Assembly (NCBI RefSeq): GCF_028641065.1 | Contig: NC_073384.1 | Location: 61,256,001-61,320,000, forward strand | DNA: 64,000 nucleotides | Origin: Leucoraja erinacea | Lineage: Eukaryota | Reading direction: 5' to 3' | Shown here: positions 63,050 through 64,000 of the stretch, in pieces | How the letters are laid out: each line of letters starts with the position of its first letter | Position numbering within the stretch: position 1 is the stretch's first letter | Notes under the pieces: generated by a model | What the model saw: only the letters and a program-made list of their open reading frames with translations | Databases searched by the model: none | Told to the model about the DNA's origin: nothing | Translations under genes and position numbers: made by a program

Positions 63050-63330
63050 TGTGGGGCCACTATTACAATGTTCTATTGAGCATGGTAACCAAGACCTTAA
63101 GATTCATGTAAAATAGACAAAGCATTGCATGCTGACCAGGTTCAAAACCGTCTTCTGTCATTGGTTTGGGATGGTGGGCTGGGCAGGTGAGACAGAACCA
63201 AGACATCAGGAATAATGTCAGGGCATCAGGATGCAAGAGTGCATGATTGACTATCAACACAGAGGGTGGTTGATGCAGCAGTGTTTAAGTTTTTGTAACT
63301 GACCATCTCTGGGCCTGACTCCATGGGCAA
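63050..63330 (-). mobile_element. Old Rex or L2-type LINE 3' fragment
   Basis: tcttggttaccatgctcaataga; FAHGVRPRDGQ remnant. Confidence 0.4.
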
Positions 63331-64000
63331 AGGACCTGGGTGAAAATTGCAAATATACAATCCATATAATGTACTGGATTTAATGAATAGAAGCATTTCT
63401 TATTACAAATTCAATTAAATCGTGTAGAATGCATTAAATTGTGCTACATGATTGAATTTCTGACCCTTAGCTCGATACCTGGTTGGATATGACCTTTCCG
63501 CCTATACATAGTTTAATCAGCCAAAGATGCAGAAATATAGGGGATGTGGAAAAGGAGATAAAACCAATGTTTGACTTCTTTGTTTCTACAGCTATTGATT
63601 GCACTCAAGAAAGCAGATGTGTGCAGCATCAGTTGGGTGGAGAAAACAATTAGCCTCGGTGGCAACAGCCTCAGCTTCCATCAAACAATGGCTTGGCTCA
63701 TATAGAGGTATTTCGTCCTCAGAGCTGAACATGAAAAGATAAAGAAAACTCTGTCAGGAGGCAGGTAACTGGCAAGGATGGATTTCTGGTTCCCAGATCA
63801 GACCACTGAATTGATTCACGGTCTGTGTGTGCTTGACACCATCCTCAAATTAAAGAGACGGTCATGGGAACATTCAGTACAGTATGCCATTGATACTCAC
63901 AGAATTGCAAATCTTTCACTGTTACAGGCATAGTCCAGCAACATTTTTAGGGTTGACCTTGCCATTACGTGAGGCAATGCATTTGTTATTCAACATTATG

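Overview
This is eukaryotic, AT-rich genomic DNA dominated by transposable elements, with no recognisable host gene exon, so it is probably intergenic or a large intron. The repeat mix points to a cartilaginous fish, likely a skate or ray (inference): abundant CR1/HER1-type LINEs, HE1-type V-SINEs, Penelope-like elements, Rex-Babar, L2 tails, an L1, a Tc1, PIF/Harbinger MITEs and a Helitron-like element. All long ORFs are retroelement or transposase remnants. The most notable observations are: (i) about 15 copies of a Penelope terminal unit carrying a minimal hammerhead-ribozyme motif, some inserted as 115-135 bp units with their own TSDs and some as back-to-back palindromes; (ii) three near-perfect inverted duplications of otherwise unique DNA; (iii) a TSD-bounded L1 whose 3' UTR carries about 1.2 kb of foreign cargo; (iv) CpG-rich non-autonomous retroposons that share a hairpin but have different LINE tails; (v) a patchwork at about 2.7-5.0 kb that looks like a two-haplotype consensus artefact. 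No new biological system is demonstrated. Boundaries of old repeats are approximate and family names come from motif recognition, not database searches.
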